Notes: generated by a model not told the origin, from the letters alone. DNA of 64,000 nucleotides from Eledone cirrhosa (GCA_964016885.1 OZ024750.1:21886001-21950000), one strand, 5' to 3'; numbered from the stretch's first letter, positions 1 to 14,181 are shown. A program made the numbers and translations.

Positions 1-769
1 TATTTTTGTTTACATCCACCTCAAAACGCCGTAGTTATAGAAAAAATAAACAAAAGGAGTAAAAGAAGAACCAATTCCAATTCACAGCAAAGATACATAA
101 ATTTTACTTGAAAATTAATCATATCTTAACATTTAAATACGTCAGTTTGAATAATCTGTTTTAATGTCAACAATACCCATACACATCTTTTTCTATACGA
201 AAAAAAGAACAAGAGCATTTTAATGAACGATAGTTTAATGCTGAGCAAAACAGAGGACACTAACATTTCGTCATTTGTGATCTTTCTGGCCGGGCGAACA
301 CGAGGTACAGAAAGGAAGATAATGGTATACAAAGCAACAACAGGCCACTAATTAAGAATCCAAAATAAGCAGAAGGCATTGCCTCGTCCTCAGTCCCAGA
401 AGCCAAGGATCAGAGACTCCACGCTCCTGTCAGTATCGATAATACAACCCATCGGTTGACAACGAGGATGAAGAGATGTACAGTTATTAGGGTTGGGATA
501 TTGTCGAAGACAAATGAAATTAATAGAAGACAAAGGAAACACCACGTGAAGGTGAGTAGAACATAAATGGAATAGTCCTACTCTTGGAAACGTACGAAGC
601 TTACATTGTCTGCCTCCAATGGCAAACTATTAACTGATAGACGTTCTAAATCATTTGTTACAACCTCTAGGAAAGGATCAAGTGCATATTTACAAAGAGA
701 TATACTCCGATTATGTGTTGAATGCGAGAGATATATTGCTAGTGAAAGCCACCTTATAGGGTTACGTAC

Positions 770-855
770 CTTAGCCACCAGGAGACCATGAGCCCTTTCT
801 CATCGACTCCGATGTCCAATCTTCTCGTGTGCATTTTCAGGGCGGTTAGCAGTAC
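770..855 (-). CDS. Weak candidate second exon (VLLTALKMHTRRLDIGVDEKGLMVSWWL)
   Basis: cag| acceptor and AG|gtacgt donor on the minus strand; phase 0 matches the exon at 1965-2105. The polypyrimidine tract is poor and no homology is recognised. Confidence 0.15.
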
Positions 856-1152
856 CTGAATGTGAGGTACGTGTCCAGGGTCGTGTGACAGGTCTACACA
901 CGTGTGGGTTGGTTTTATTTGTTCCATTTTTTTTATTAAACCTCTCTTAAATATAAGGTGTATTTATATATTCCTTTAATTATTTTGTATCATTAAAAAC
1001 AAACATACATCTCAATATACTGTACAAAGATTTTGGGGCCCCTCCTCTTTTTTATATAACTTTTCTGCCTATCCACATGTTTTTTTTTTATAATATAACA
1101 TCTTTCTAACACGTTTTTGTATGTATGAATGGGCAAAATAAAAGAAAACATT

Positions 1153-1345
1153 GTTATTATTATTATTATTATTCTTGGAGTCTCAGTCATTGATGTTATT
1201 TAACTGGAAAGTTTGTTCAAATGAACATCAAGCAGCCTACCTGTAGCCTCAGATATTCAGGAGGTGTCGGAGGGTTCTTGCTGTTCCCAGCAAGCATGCC
1301 TTTTAAAGTGTTCCAAAAAAGGGGGCTAGACTAATGTTCTTTAAA
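1153..1345 (-). mobile_element. R4/Dong-like non-LTR retrotransposon 3' end
   Basis: Minus-strand translation GTL*KACLLGTARTLRHLLNI* resembles the LQKAxLLGTARILR C-terminus of R4/Dong proteins, followed by a short 3' UTR and (TAA)n. Confidence 0.6.
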
Positions 1346-1964
1346 CATCCTTATTGTTATTATCATCATCATCATCATCATCATCATCATAAGCAGCAGC
1401 AGCAGCAGCAGCATTATTGCTATTCGGAGTGACTGAATTCCTTTAAGTGTTTAGTCTCGCTCCTTTACATTGTGTATCCAAATCCCACCGAGGTCAACTT
1501 TGCGTTTCATCCTTCTAGGGTCAATAAAATTAAGTACCAGTCAAATGTTGATTCTTTATAATTAACTGCCCTCTCTTGCGATCCCCATTTCAAATATTAT
1601 TTCTGCCTTAATCAGAAACCATTATTCAGTGTGATTAAATTAATCTCTTCCGCTTGTGTTCTAAATTCTAATTCCCTGAGTCTATGGGAAATGTACTAGG
1701 TATCACTCACTTAATATAAATTCAATTAACTACACTCTTTGGTTTCAAATATTGTCGGTTGTGCTTTGCAGAATCGGTAGAACACCATACAAAATTCTTG
1801 TTGCAATTAATTGTATTTCTTTATGCTCTGTGTTCAAATCTCGTTGGGGTGAACTTTGCTTTTCATTCTTTCAGGATCCATAAAATAAACTAGCAGTTCA
1901 AGGGAGGTGATTCGCTCATCTGGGATACCATGTGTTGTGACGCATTTTTCAATGCAAATCTTAC

Positions 1965-2105
1965 TGCTTCGGCCATAAATGCAAGAGCCCCCGCTCGCAG
2001 TGCAGAGAATACGGAAGATAAATAAATAGCAGTCGTTAACGGAGGAGTTTCGCGCCAGCTGTTGTTGAGACCTCCGTTCTCCTCCACCAGAACAGGTCGG
2101 GGCAT
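1965..2105 (-). CDS. Candidate host coding exon (MPRPVLVEENGGLNNSWRETPPLTTAIYLSSVFSALRAGALAFMAEA)
   Basis: GC-enriched non-repetitive island with ATG at 2105 and 47 open codons ending at a GCA|gtaaga donor. Product not recognised. Confidence 0.3.
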
Positions 2106-3479
2106 TACGTCTGAGGAAGACGCCACACGGCCTGGAATGACCCATGCGGTGAATAACGTTCAACAACTTGTTTGTGGAGCATAGCTACGATATGTTGTTC
2201 AACTCTGTGTGTGAAGTCTGCTTGCGTATATTTTTTTTAGATGTGTATAGTAATACGTCCGAATTAATCAACTATAACCACACCTCAAAAACATCCTATT
2301 TCTAACTTAACCTAGCATGACACTTGAGTAATTGCTTCTGTTCTATCAAGGCCTTTATTTTGTATAATATTTCACACAGCACGTACATATTTTTAACAAA
2401 GAGTCTAGAGATTGTAGCGAAGATGTGCTTTGTGTTTATTTGAATAGATGTTTTGTTGTCGTTATTTTCCACCTAAAATCCCTGCAGTAATTCTGTACTG
2501 AGGTATTTTATTTGTATTCTGAAAAAAAAGATATGAAAGACATCGACAAGCTGGTTTAGAAAAAAAAAAGGAAACGTTTTGCTTCTGTGTTCACAGTTTT
2601 CTTTTTGTTTTGTTTTATTTTATGGTGGCGAGTTGCGAATATTCTTGCTGCAAGATGAACGGAAAGATTCTTTAAAAAGAAGTTTTTAAAATTAAACTGA
2701 ATCTGGACGGAGGAAAAAAATGAATTTTTCTTAATACGTTTAGATGGAATGGCGTCCCAATCTCCTATTTTGTTCATTTTATTATCTTGCTTTCACTTCT
2801 GATGATATTTCTTTTATTTTTTTTATTTTTTTTTTTTTGTTGTTCGGATGGAGTTCAGCTTCGAACCGAAAATTGCAAATAATAATAATAATGATATAAA
2901 AACAGGGAAGAAAATAAAAGACTGAAAATTAGAAATGACGATAAAATATGGATGAAAAAAAAGATAAATGAACATTTTAAAAAAAAATTGATTCAAAACA
3001 AGAAATGAAATGGATGGGCAAATGACAAAACAATAACAAAAGAAATTTTGAATAAAATCATAATACAATTTCATTTTGAACATATGGAAAAAAAAGCATT
3101 TCTTTCATCTTCATAAAATTGGTGTTTTCTAAAAGAATCACGTTTGAGTTAATTTTATAACAGTAAAAAAGAAGAAAAAGCAGCCTTTACGTTTAAGAAT
3201 CTTTAATTCAATGATTGTTATGTATTTATTTCCAATTGATTTTTTTTTTGCGTTCATTTACTGTTGTTGTTAATGTTGTTGTTGCTGCTGTTGTACTGTT
3301 TTCGATTTAATTGTAGCCCGTGGAATAGGCGTGTTTGGATCAAGACAAAATTATCTGTCATTTTGGTGATCAAATATATTTTGCTTCGTCACAGAAACAG
3401 CTTTGCTTTAATGAACTCTAAACCTTTTCGTGATTTTCATAGAAATCCTTTCTTGGCTGTAAAAAAAAACAGGAACGTG

Positions 3480-3778
3480 TAACAGATGTGGAAAAACACA
3501 TACAGTATATGTCAGATCTCCTGAACAGCCTGCTCGTATTATTCTTATTATAAACATGCAAATGGTTGAATATTCTGCAGATCGTATACCTTTAACGTAG
3601 TTAAAGAAAGTTTCAGTGTGACACAGTTTATGGTAAGACTGGCCCTTTGAAATAAACGTCACTGGTGTGGCGTGAAATAAAGTGTCTTGCACAAGGAGAC
3701 AATACGCCACCATGAATCGAACTCACGACCGTACGATCATAAGCCGAACACCTTTGCATCTGAGCCACATGCTTACAC
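3480..3778 (-). mobile_element. tRNA-derived SINE, family 2
   Basis: Minus strand has tggctcag...gagttcgattc (A/B-box-like), then ccttgtgcaagacactttatttcac. Related copies at about 11970, 19810, 33670, 40105, 62160 and 62800. Confidence 0.65.
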
Positions 3779-3798
3779 ACACACACGCGCGCGCGCGC

Positions 3799-3879
<81 letters not shown>

Positions 3880-4458
3880 TAGATATATGTACAAACGTAG
3901 CTATATGTGAGAAAAATACCAAAGCCAAGATGAAGAGAGTTTCTCAACCAGCTCGTAAAACAAATCAATTGCTAAATAAATTGAATAATTGCAGTTAAAC
4001 AGAGTTTGTAGTGTTGAGTGTAGAGATAACGGTGGGGGCGGGAATAAACATTAGTGCTGCAGTAGTTCTCAAGCTATTAACCACAAAGGAACCCCTCTTA
4101 CAATTACCTCCATCCTAGATTACTATACAGTTGGGAAAACACTCGAGAGAGACAAATGTTTCTACTTCAAGAAGAATGGATAAGTCATAGTGTGTGTATA
4201 TCGTTTTTAACAAATGTTGAATACAATTCATGTATTCACAGTTTCATAGTGAAAATAACAATGGAAAGAAAGAAATAGTTATAATCGAAGAAACATGGAT
4301 GCAAGATAGCGTGTATATAATATATGTTATGTGTTTTACAAAGTACTTGAAATTTTGAACTTAGCTCGGTGATTTTGGCGAAAAACCAGGTATTCGTTGT
4401 GGAGACGGCCAAAATAACCCGGATATACTTAATAACACCAATACTGTTCGCAACATAT

Positions 4459-4562
<104 letters not shown>

Positions 4563-4670
4563 TCATGATTTTACCAGTTTTAAACAAGTAGGACCACATT
4601 ATTCAGCAGAGTACTCGGTGCCTGGGATAGTAGAGTGTAACTATATTAGATATAGTCGGAGCCAGGCGGC

Positions 4671-4727
4671 TGAGCTCTTACCGTTTCGGCAGCTAATTCC
4701 AGACTCTAAGTCTGGAATAAGAGCTCA
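4671..4727 (-). ncRNA. Hammerhead relic lacking the CUGANGA core
   Basis: Minus strand reads tgagctct...attccagact/agtctggaat hairpin...ttagctgcc GAAA cgg TA agagctca. An 8-bp stem I and the 3' half are present, but the core is absent. Confidence 0.4.
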
Positions 4728-4748
4728 ACCGTCGGGACCCGACAATCT

Positions 4749-4783
<35 letters not shown>

Positions 4784-4791
<8 letters not shown>

Positions 4792-4875
4792 ATATTTGGG
4801 GAGGGTCATATTGTTATAATATTGCCAGAAATAATAATAAAACACATTCTCTGTTTGGTTTGGATTGGTTTTCGC

Positions 4876-4880
<5 letters not shown>
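4784..4880 (-). mobile_element. Solo PLE 3'-terminus fragment in (TA)n
   Basis: Reverse complement matches the PLE end at about 30000-30088 (aagcgaaaaccaa...tgaccctccccaaatataacaa). Confidence 0.75.
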
Positions 4881-4923
<43 letters not shown>

Positions 4924-4968
4924 GAGACGTATAGAGATTGTTTTAGCAAGAAGCTAACGGCATTCTAT

Positions 4969-5011
<43 letters not shown>

Positions 5012-5305
5012 TATAAAGTATGTGCATAGAATCATTTGACAATATATATATACACCATTTCCTCTCCCAATTAGCATAATCAACCACACGAAAAAACAAT
5101 TAAACCAGGCTACAAGATTAAAAGGCACCTATGAAGAAATAGTAGATAAATAAACGACAGCCATCTATTCGCGATCAACCGCTATAGAATATTGACCCAA
5201 CATTTCAATAGCACGTGGAAATCGATTAAATATACCGTCAACCATACACAATTAGGTATAAAATTAAAGTTAGAAGAAAAAATGCATATACACATACCAG
5301 GATTA

Positions 5306-5388
5306 CGTTTCTACCCTTAGGGTTTCGTTTGCTTTCGGAAATATCCTATCAAGGATAATTTCTCGAGCTTCGAACTCATCAGGAAACA
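5306..5388 (-). ncRNA. Type I hammerhead ribozyme
   Basis: Minus strand reads tgtttc CTGATGA gtt...(extended hairpin tatcct/aggata)...aac GAAA ccctaaggg TA gaaacg. All three stems pair and the triplet is GUA. Confidence 0.85.
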
Positions 5389-5446
5389 AACTCACTTGGA
5401 CAAAGATTTTTCTTAAATAATCCCCGCCAGAAACACATATATATAC

Positions 5447-5546
<100 letters not shown>

Positions 5547-5936
5547 TCTAGCTTGCTCCAGATTCCACCACTCACTATTTGTTGAACCACTAAGTTTTTT
5601 TGTTTGTTTTTTTTTTGTTATTACTTTTCTTATTTGGTGGAAAGAAGCTGTTTAGTCAAAGATATTTTTGTTTTTATATACATAAAACATTAAAGTGCTG
5701 AGTCTACACTTCCAGGTTTATGTATAGAAGCTGACATACGTTTAATCATATTTCAGAATATGTTATAAGTAGTACGATATAATCACATATTGGCGTTATA
5801 TGCGTGGATATATGGATGCTGTATGTATATGTGTGTAAGTTTGAGTGCGTCCGTGCACGTGCATTTTTATCAACAAAAAGCATTTCTTCGGAGGATAGAT
5901 ATATACTTTCTGAAACTATGCTTACAATATATAAAT

Positions 5937-6315
5937 AATTGTTTCTACTTTTGTAACAAGGCCAGCAATTACCCAGTGCATTACTGGTACTTTATTTTAT
6001 CTGCCCCGTAAGGATGAAAGGCAAAATTAACCTCGGCGGGATTTGAACTCAGACCGTAAAGGGACGTAACTATGCTGGAAAGCATGGCGTCCGACCTTCT
6101 ACTGGGACTGCCAATCCCGCGCACTACAATATATAAATAATTATTTCTACTTTAGGCACAAGGCCAGCAATTACCCAGTGCATTACTGGTACTTTATTTT
6201 ATCGACCCCGTAAGGATGAAAGGCAAAGTCAACCTCGGCGGGATTTGAACTCAGATCGTAAAGGGGCGTAACTATGCTGGGAAGCATGGCGTCCGACCCT
6301 CTACCGATACTGCCA
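5937..6315 (-). mobile_element. Two tandem tRNA-derived SINEs, family 1 (Meta-domain-like)
   Basis: B-box gagttcaaatccc and core gcctttcatccttacggggtcgataaaataaagtaccag. The flank tacaatatataaataa is duplicated. Confidence 0.9.
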
Positions 6316-6455
6316 TAAATAATGGTTTATAGCCAGGATTTTGACAAATTTCTGGATTTTACTATAATAAAAAGAAAGATTCTTATATTCATGGTAATCT
6401 ATATAAAAATCTTCATTGTCAAGATTACAAAAGTGTATATATATATAGAGAGAGA

Positions 6456-6509
<54 letters not shown>

Positions 6510-6841
6510 GGAGAAACAGAGATATATATGTATATGTATATATGTATATATATACATTATATATATGTATATATATATATGTGTGTGTATATATATATAT
6601 ATACATTTATATATATATATATAATACATTATGTATATATATATATATTCTCTCTGTCTGTATGTCTCTATATATATTTATATATAATGATATAATGTAT
6701 ATATATATATACATTATATCATTATATATAAATGTATATAGAGAGAGAGGGGGACAAAGAGAGAGAGAGACATACGAGACATACAGACAGAGAGAATGAG
6801 AGATTGCTATGTTTGTATATATCATAGGATATCAACTTCCA

Positions 6842-6905
<64 letters not shown>

Positions 6906-7007
6906 AGGCCGCAGTAGAAGTTTCAACGTGATATATATATATATATGGAATATATATATATTATGGAATACTGTTGGCTTTTTGCTACAATGTTTTCTAT
7001 ACCTTTC

Positions 7008-7073
<66 letters not shown>

Positions 7074-7175
7074 CATATATATATATGTCTATATATATAC
7101 ATACATATATGTATATATATATATATATAATATATATATATAATATATATATACATACATATATGTATATATATG

Positions 7176-7218
<43 letters not shown>

Positions 7219-7236
7219 TATATACATATATTCCTA

Positions 7237-7400
7237 AGAGGGTCAGACACCATGCTTTCCAGCATAGTTACGTCCCTTTACGATCTGAGTTCAAATCCCG
7301 CCGAGGTTGTCTTTGCCTTTCATCCTTACGGGGTCGATAAAATAAAGTACCAGTAATGCACTGGTTAATTGCTGGCCTTGTGCCTAAAGTAGAAACAATT
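7237..7400 (+). mobile_element. SINE family 1
   Basis: Near-identical to the other copies. Confidence 0.9.
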
Positions 7401-7542
7401 ATTCATACATATATATAGACATATATATATATAAATTATTCATACATATATATAGACATATATAGACATAATATAATCACATATTTATATATCCTTATAT
7501 ATATTATACATAATTACATAATATACATATAACTAAATATAT

Positions 7543-7579
<37 letters not shown>

Positions 7580-9123
7580 TAAATATATATATATATATTA
7601 TATAAAATATATGCACTTTTTTCATGGTACTTCCCGTTTTGGATTTTAGAGGTTGGCTGGTCTGTCTCATTTTTCAAGGAACCGGTTACAAATATTACAA
7701 GACTTCTCGTCCGTTTCTCTATTGCAACAATTCACCGCTCTAGACTGGGACTTTATTTTATCGACAACGAAAGTATGAAGGGCAAAATTAACCTCGGTGG
7801 CATTTGAATTGAGAGACAGAAGAAATACTGAACCTCTATCCTTTTAATACCAAACCACCTGAAACTGTCTCTGGTTTTCCGATACAAACACGATTATTTT
7901 TAAATGTTTACATTTATCTAAATATATCAGATCATAATTTTATGTAAATAAAATAATTTTAAGCGTTGTTAACTTATGTTCGAAACACCAGTTTAATGAT
8001 GAGAAAGTTGATTATTTTACCAAATCTCGCCAATTTTTTTATTTTCCAAATTACTTGGAAAGCATTAACTGTGTCTTTCATAAGAAATATGATGACAAAA
8101 TGGTTAATCCGACGCTCTAGCTATCAGTAAACAGAGCTGACGACAATGTTTCGAGTCTCTGTTAAGCCCACTTCACTGGCATCTTTGTGGGAAATTTCTA
8201 ACATTTTACATTAGCAATTTCAATTCACGATTTTCCATAGTAAAATAATGTTTTGTTCTAATTCTTTAATTATAACAATTACACCTGGATTAATTTTGAG
8301 TATATATTCCAATATCTTTTTCTCGGTTATTGTATATACACATATATCAACACATATCTAAACATATATCTACACATATATACACGTATATACTTACACG
8401 TATATCTACATGTATGGAGGCAGTCTTTAGAACGTTAGATATTAGTTTCGGTTCTCTGTGTTCTGAGTTTAAAACTCGTCTTTCATCCTTTCAGGGTCGA
8501 TAAAAAATTACCAACCCAGTGATGGTGCAGCCCTCTTTCGTTCCAGCTATCACATCATGGATGTTTCATTGGAGCAGAGAAAAGAATGGTTTCGTATCGC
8601 TTTATAAGATGTCGAGGATTTAAGAAAACGTTATAAAATATGTTATAGATAAAGCAATTGCAAAATACAAAGAAACCATTACATATCCTATAAACCAGAC
8701 ATTAGGAAATACAAATACATTTCCTTCTAGAACGAAATCAAATAAAATAATAATGTATATATATATATATATGAGTGTGTGTGTGTGTGCGTGTGTGTAT
8801 GTGGGTGGGGGGGGGGGTTAGTATATATATATATATATGCATATATATATATGTATATATATGTATATATATATATATATATAGGCATATATATATATGT
8901 ATATATATGTATATATATATATATATATATGTATATATGTGTATATATATATATATGTATATATGTGGATATATATATGTATATATGTATATTTATATAT
9001 ATGTTATAGAATACTGTTAGCTTCTCGCTAAAACAATTTCTATACCTTTCATTTATGTATATTTATATATATGTGTATATATATATATGTGTATATATAT
9101 GTATATATTTATGTATATATATG

Positions 9124-9186
<63 letters not shown>

Positions 9187-9900
9187 GTATATATATGTAC
9201 AAATATATGTATATATATGTATATATATGTGTGTGTGTGTGTGTGTGTGCGTGTGCGTGTGCGTGTGCGTGTGCGTGTGCGTGTGTGTGTGTGTGTGTGC
9301 GTGCGTGTGTGCGTGCGTGTGCGTGTTGTGTCAAGTGAAGAAACTATTCTTCAAAGGAAATAGTAGGTTAAGCATTGAATATATAAATGCACCGCGTGAG
9401 AAAACAAAAACTACCTAATCAAGTTGTAGAAACACTAAAGAAGGTTATGGTATGTATTGCGAAAGGAATCGCTGTGTTTTTAACATTATAACTTAATCTA
9501 TATCGACACAACATTTGAAACAAAACGTTTAACGAATAATATAATTTACTATGTTACGCATGTTTTATAAATTAATGAAAATACATGACAAATATTCATT
9601 AGTATACAAAACACTACACAGAATCAGCAATAATATCTGAAAGAATCGATATATTTGTTATAATACACGAATCGAACCTGTTCCTAAGTGAATATTTCAC
9701 TAGAAATGAAAGATCGTGACGCAGATATTTGTTCTATAAGCACCTCCTATCTTACAGCTTCAACTTTTAAGTCAGTGATCAATAGCATAAATATTTAATA
9801 ATAGAGTTTATGGTGTTGTTTGTTTTAGATTTTAGTTAGGTAGAGTAAGACAGCGCCTATAATTCTTTACTTTTCATGATCTGCGTGGCTGCTGGGAGGA

Positions 9901-10178
9901 AGGAAGTTATCCTAAATTCGAAGTTATGATCTAAATGCTTGCAACAGAGTGAACTCAGCTAAATTTACCGAAGGACCAAGTTGAGGTGTTATAACTGAGA
10001 GATGGATTAAATGAACCTCTTAAGAATTCACGACTCAAAGGAAGTTATCCTCAATTCAAAGTTATGATCTGGATGCTTGCAACAGAGTGAACTCGGCTAA
10101 ATTTACCCAAGGACCAAGTTGAGGTGTTATAACTGAGAGATGGATTAAATGAACCTCTTAAGAATTCACGACTCAAAG
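9901..10178. repeat. Tandem duplication, 2 x ~138 bp
   Basis: aggaagttatcct...cacgactcaaag occurs at 9901 and 10039 with few mismatches. Confidence 0.9.
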
Positions 10179-10677
10179 AGCTGGAATAAGTACCGCAAAA
10201 CATTTTCTCCGGCACCCTAACTATTTCGCCAATCCATCTCACCTGGACAGGTATATCATTTTATCGGCCTCAAAGGATGAAAGGTAATATTGACTTCGGC
10301 GGGATTTATATCCAGTGTACAGTACAGTAAGCCGGAACAAATGCCGCTCTAACAAATTTGTCAGCCATTTCGTTTTTGTGGAATGGTTCTTTTCTTTGAC
10401 AGAAATGTTACTGAAAAGAAAATTTGTAAAGAGATGTGATGTGATTGTTAAATATGATGTGTCATCTTATATACCGGGACTTAGCTATTCACCAACTAGA
10501 AACCGATAAATTAACTGCTGGGATCGATATGATAGACTAAACTTCTTAATACGATTTTCGTTATCCATTTAGTTACCATATTTTTAATGAAAAGCACTTC
10601 CTTTAATTTTCAAGAATTTAGAAAAGTAGTCCTGAGTACGTTTAGATTTAGTGATATAACGAGTTGTTTTCAATCAA

Positions 10678-11057
10678 GGGATTGGCAGTATCGGTAGAGG
10701 GGCGGACGCCATGCTTTGCAGCATAGAGTTACGGCCCTTTACCATCTGAGTTCAAATCGCGCCGAGGTTAACTTTGCCTTTACGGGGTCGATAAAATAAA
10801 GTACCAGTAATGCACTGAGTAATTGCTGGCCTTGTGCCAAAAGTAGAACAATTAATTTCTTCAGATTCGTCGGACACCATGCTTCGCAACATATAGTTAC
10901 GACCCTTTACATTCTGAGTTCAAATCCAACCGAGGTTAGCTTTGCCTTTTATCCTTACGGTGTCGATAAATAAAACACCAGTAATGCACTGGGGTCGATT
11001 TAATCTACTTTCCCCTCTTCTTCAAATTACTGGCCTTATGCCTAAAGTAGAAACAAT
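10678..11057 (+). mobile_element. Two tandem SINE family 1 copies
   Basis: Both copies are followed by aattaatttcttcagatt (target duplication). Confidence 0.9.
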
Positions 11058-11164
11058 TAATTTCTTCAGATTAATGTACGAAAATACATTAACTACACAT
11101 AGGATTGTATGTTTATGTTAATTACTATTGCAAAATTTTGACTTATCCTCGGTGAGATTAGTAA

Positions 11165-11201
<37 letters not shown>

Positions 11202-11678
11202 CATATATTTTTTCTTTTGTTATTTGTTTTTTTGTTTTTGTTTTTGTTTTGTTTAAATATAAAATGCAAAATCGATTTCGATAGGATTAGAACGTAGAAC
11301 GTCAATAATCCAAGTTAACTAATGTTGCTACAACTCCCGCCTCCTCTATCGCCAAACTAAGTTAAATACTCACGTGAAGATAAGGAATCTGTTTATTATT
11401 TATATTTTTTCTTTACAAACTCATAAAAAAAACATCTTACCATTGAATTATTTCCTCAACCTGAAAATTATATTTTCTTGAAAAACAAAACTAAAATAAT
11501 AAAAAAAATAACTTAGTTTTTTAAAAAATAACTGAAATATTCTTCATTTGCAATAAATTCTAAAACTGAAAATTTACAGATTTTGTAGATAAATGATGGT
11601 TGGAAAATTAAATTGACATTTTGAAACGCTCGTTAGGAGAAGAAGAAGGGAAAAAAACAAGACAGAATTTTTTTTAAT

Positions 11679-11853
11679 AATTGTTTCTACTTTTGGCACA
11701 AGGCCAGCAATTACTCAGTGCATTACTGGTACTTTATTTTATCGACCCCGTAAGGATGAAAGGCAGAGTTAACTTCGGCGGGATTTGAACTCAGAATGGC
11801 AAGGGCCGTAACTCTATGCGCCAAAGCATGGCGTCAGACCCTCTACCGATACT
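11679..11853 (-). mobile_element. SINE family 1
   Basis: Matches the family consensus. Confidence 0.9.
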
Positions 11854-13270
11854 GAAAATAATAACTAAAATATGACATTACTAGTCTTCAGATTTCAAAA
11901 TGTTATGGGTTCTACGTCGGTTTCTATGATGAGCATTCAGATCTTCGTTTAACTGAATTTCTGAGGGCACACCATGGTTAAGATTGGTTAATAAGTTCGC
12001 TTCGTAATCATGAGGTTCCGGCTTTGATACCACTGCATAACATTTTGATCAGATGTCACCATAGTCTCGGGTCGACTCTAAGCTTTTCAGTGGAAGTGTG
12101 TAAGCCTATCGGATGAACCAAACTTGTCAAAGGGCCAAACTTGTCACGCGCTGTTACGACGAATCTGCCTGAAAATTGCTTTAAGGATACATGTGTATGT
12201 GGAGTATTCAGCCAGTTACATTATAACACAAGGTGACTGCACCAGTAATCCAAAGGGAAAGTCTTGTTACAGACGCTGTCACGCTCAATTTCTTTGAAAC
12301 TTAAGTTACGGGTAAACGTGTTTCCAAGATGCTCAGCCATTTACATGTTAATTTCACAAGTATGCTGTTTCGTTGATCAAAAACGGGAACACCCATCGTT
12401 CCATTCCATTCTATAACTAAATTCCTACTCGTGGAATTGACGTGTAAAGGGCTGAGTATTCCACAAACAGATGTACATAATTCTCAAGCAAAATGACAAG
12501 GCTGAGCCGTTTAATTACCCAAAGAAAAAGAAGACAGACAAAGAAACAGTTTTTGACTGGAACTTTATTTATCAACACTCGAAGGGATGACAGGTAAAAC
12601 TGATCTCACCAGGGTTTGAACGCAAAGCACAGAAATCCAGAATGAATGCTGCAGTGCTTCCCCAACTTTTTACTACCAAACACCCCTTTTATTTAAATGA
12701 ATTTTTCCAGAGACAATCTACTCAACTATTTCCCTCCTATATTATTATAATAACTTTGCCTTTCATTCTTACAGGGTCGATAAAATAAAGTACCAGTAAT
12801 ACACTGGGTAATTGCTGGCCTTGTGCCAAAAGTAGAAACAATTATTATAATAAGCAAAGAAAAATGTTTATACTTAAAAAAGTATAGTTACCAAATAGTG
12901 TGTGTAGAATATTTTCAACAAAATACTTGGTATGTTGAACTGAACTCTCAAACCTCAAGTTCAAGATATAGATTGGTGATCAGATAGCTGGGCTGGACAC
13001 TAAACCATAGGAACACCCTATCCAACATGTGCTAGGTCAACGTAAACAGGAATACCTAAAACCAGCATTTGCTAAAAGCTATATCCAACAACAGTTGTAA
13101 AATAGTTGCGTGAGTAAAGATAATTCAGAACGTTATTTAATAAACAAGGACGACTAATAGAAGCTTTAGCTAAAATATTTCACACTCGTAATTGTAGCTC
13201 ATTAAGAGTAATATTCGGGAATAAAACATGTTGCTACGTACGTGAATGTGTGTGTTACACACACGCATGC

Positions 13271-13302
<32 letters not shown>

Positions 13303-13400
13303 GAACGAAAGCAAAACAAGACGAGTAAGGGAGAGAGAGATAACAGTAAATATACTGGCATAAAGAAAAGGAGGCGCGGGTTCATTTCTCACTGTCTTGC

Positions 13401-13432
<32 letters not shown>

Positions 13433-13464
13433 ATATATGTATGTAAATGTATCTATATATGTAT

Positions 13465-13499
<35 letters not shown>

Positions 13500-13503
<4 letters not shown>

Positions 13504-14015
13504 AGGATTCCTTGAAGGCCTCTCTGAAAGACGCTAACATCTCTGCTGATACATGGGAAAATATTGCTGCTGATCGTAATAAATGGAGAAAGACTGTATA
13601 TGAGGGAAAAGTTGCCTTTGAGGCATCTCGAATCGCACACGAGAAAGTAAAGCGGGACGTGAGGAAGGGTATTGCTGTTGCACTTCCAGACGGCGAGGGT
13701 CCTCCTATGTTTCTGACATGCAGCGTCTGTGCGAGACTCTGCCTAAGCAAAGCTGGACTCGAAAGTCATCTTCGCAGTCATAAAGTAAGACCAGTGGTTG
13801 ACTACCAGGCTGCTGTTGGAGATGCTACTCATCATGCTTGCCAAACATGTGGTAGAGAATGTAAATCAGCAGGAGGACTCAAGCGACATGCAAAAGTACA
13901 CGAACTCCAACCACAGCCGACTATTCCCAGTAAATGTTTTGGTTGCCGACTCTGTGCAAGACATTTTGGATCATTGGCTGGGCTAAAAAGCCACATTCGA
14001 TCGCAGCACTGTTAG
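13500..14015 (+). mobile_element. RTE-like LINE ORF2 C-terminus with three C2H2 zinc fingers, 5'-truncated
   Basis: YKDSLKASLK...WENIAADRNKWRK (RTE post-RT motif), then CSVC..HLRSH, CQTC..HAKVH and CRLC..HIRSQH, ending in TAG. Confidence 0.8.
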
Positions 14016-14023
14016 TTGCTATC

Positions 14024-14065
<42 letters not shown>

Positions 14066-14144
14066 GCTTATGTGCGTGCGTGTGTGTGTATATATATATG
14101 AATATGTATATTATTATTGTTGTTGTCGTTATTATTATTATTGC

Positions 14145-14181
<37 letters not shown>

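Noticed and set aside
7237-7400. tRNA-like B-box (gagttcaaatccc) in many places
   Set aside because: These are SINE heads, not tRNA genes; no cloverleaf.
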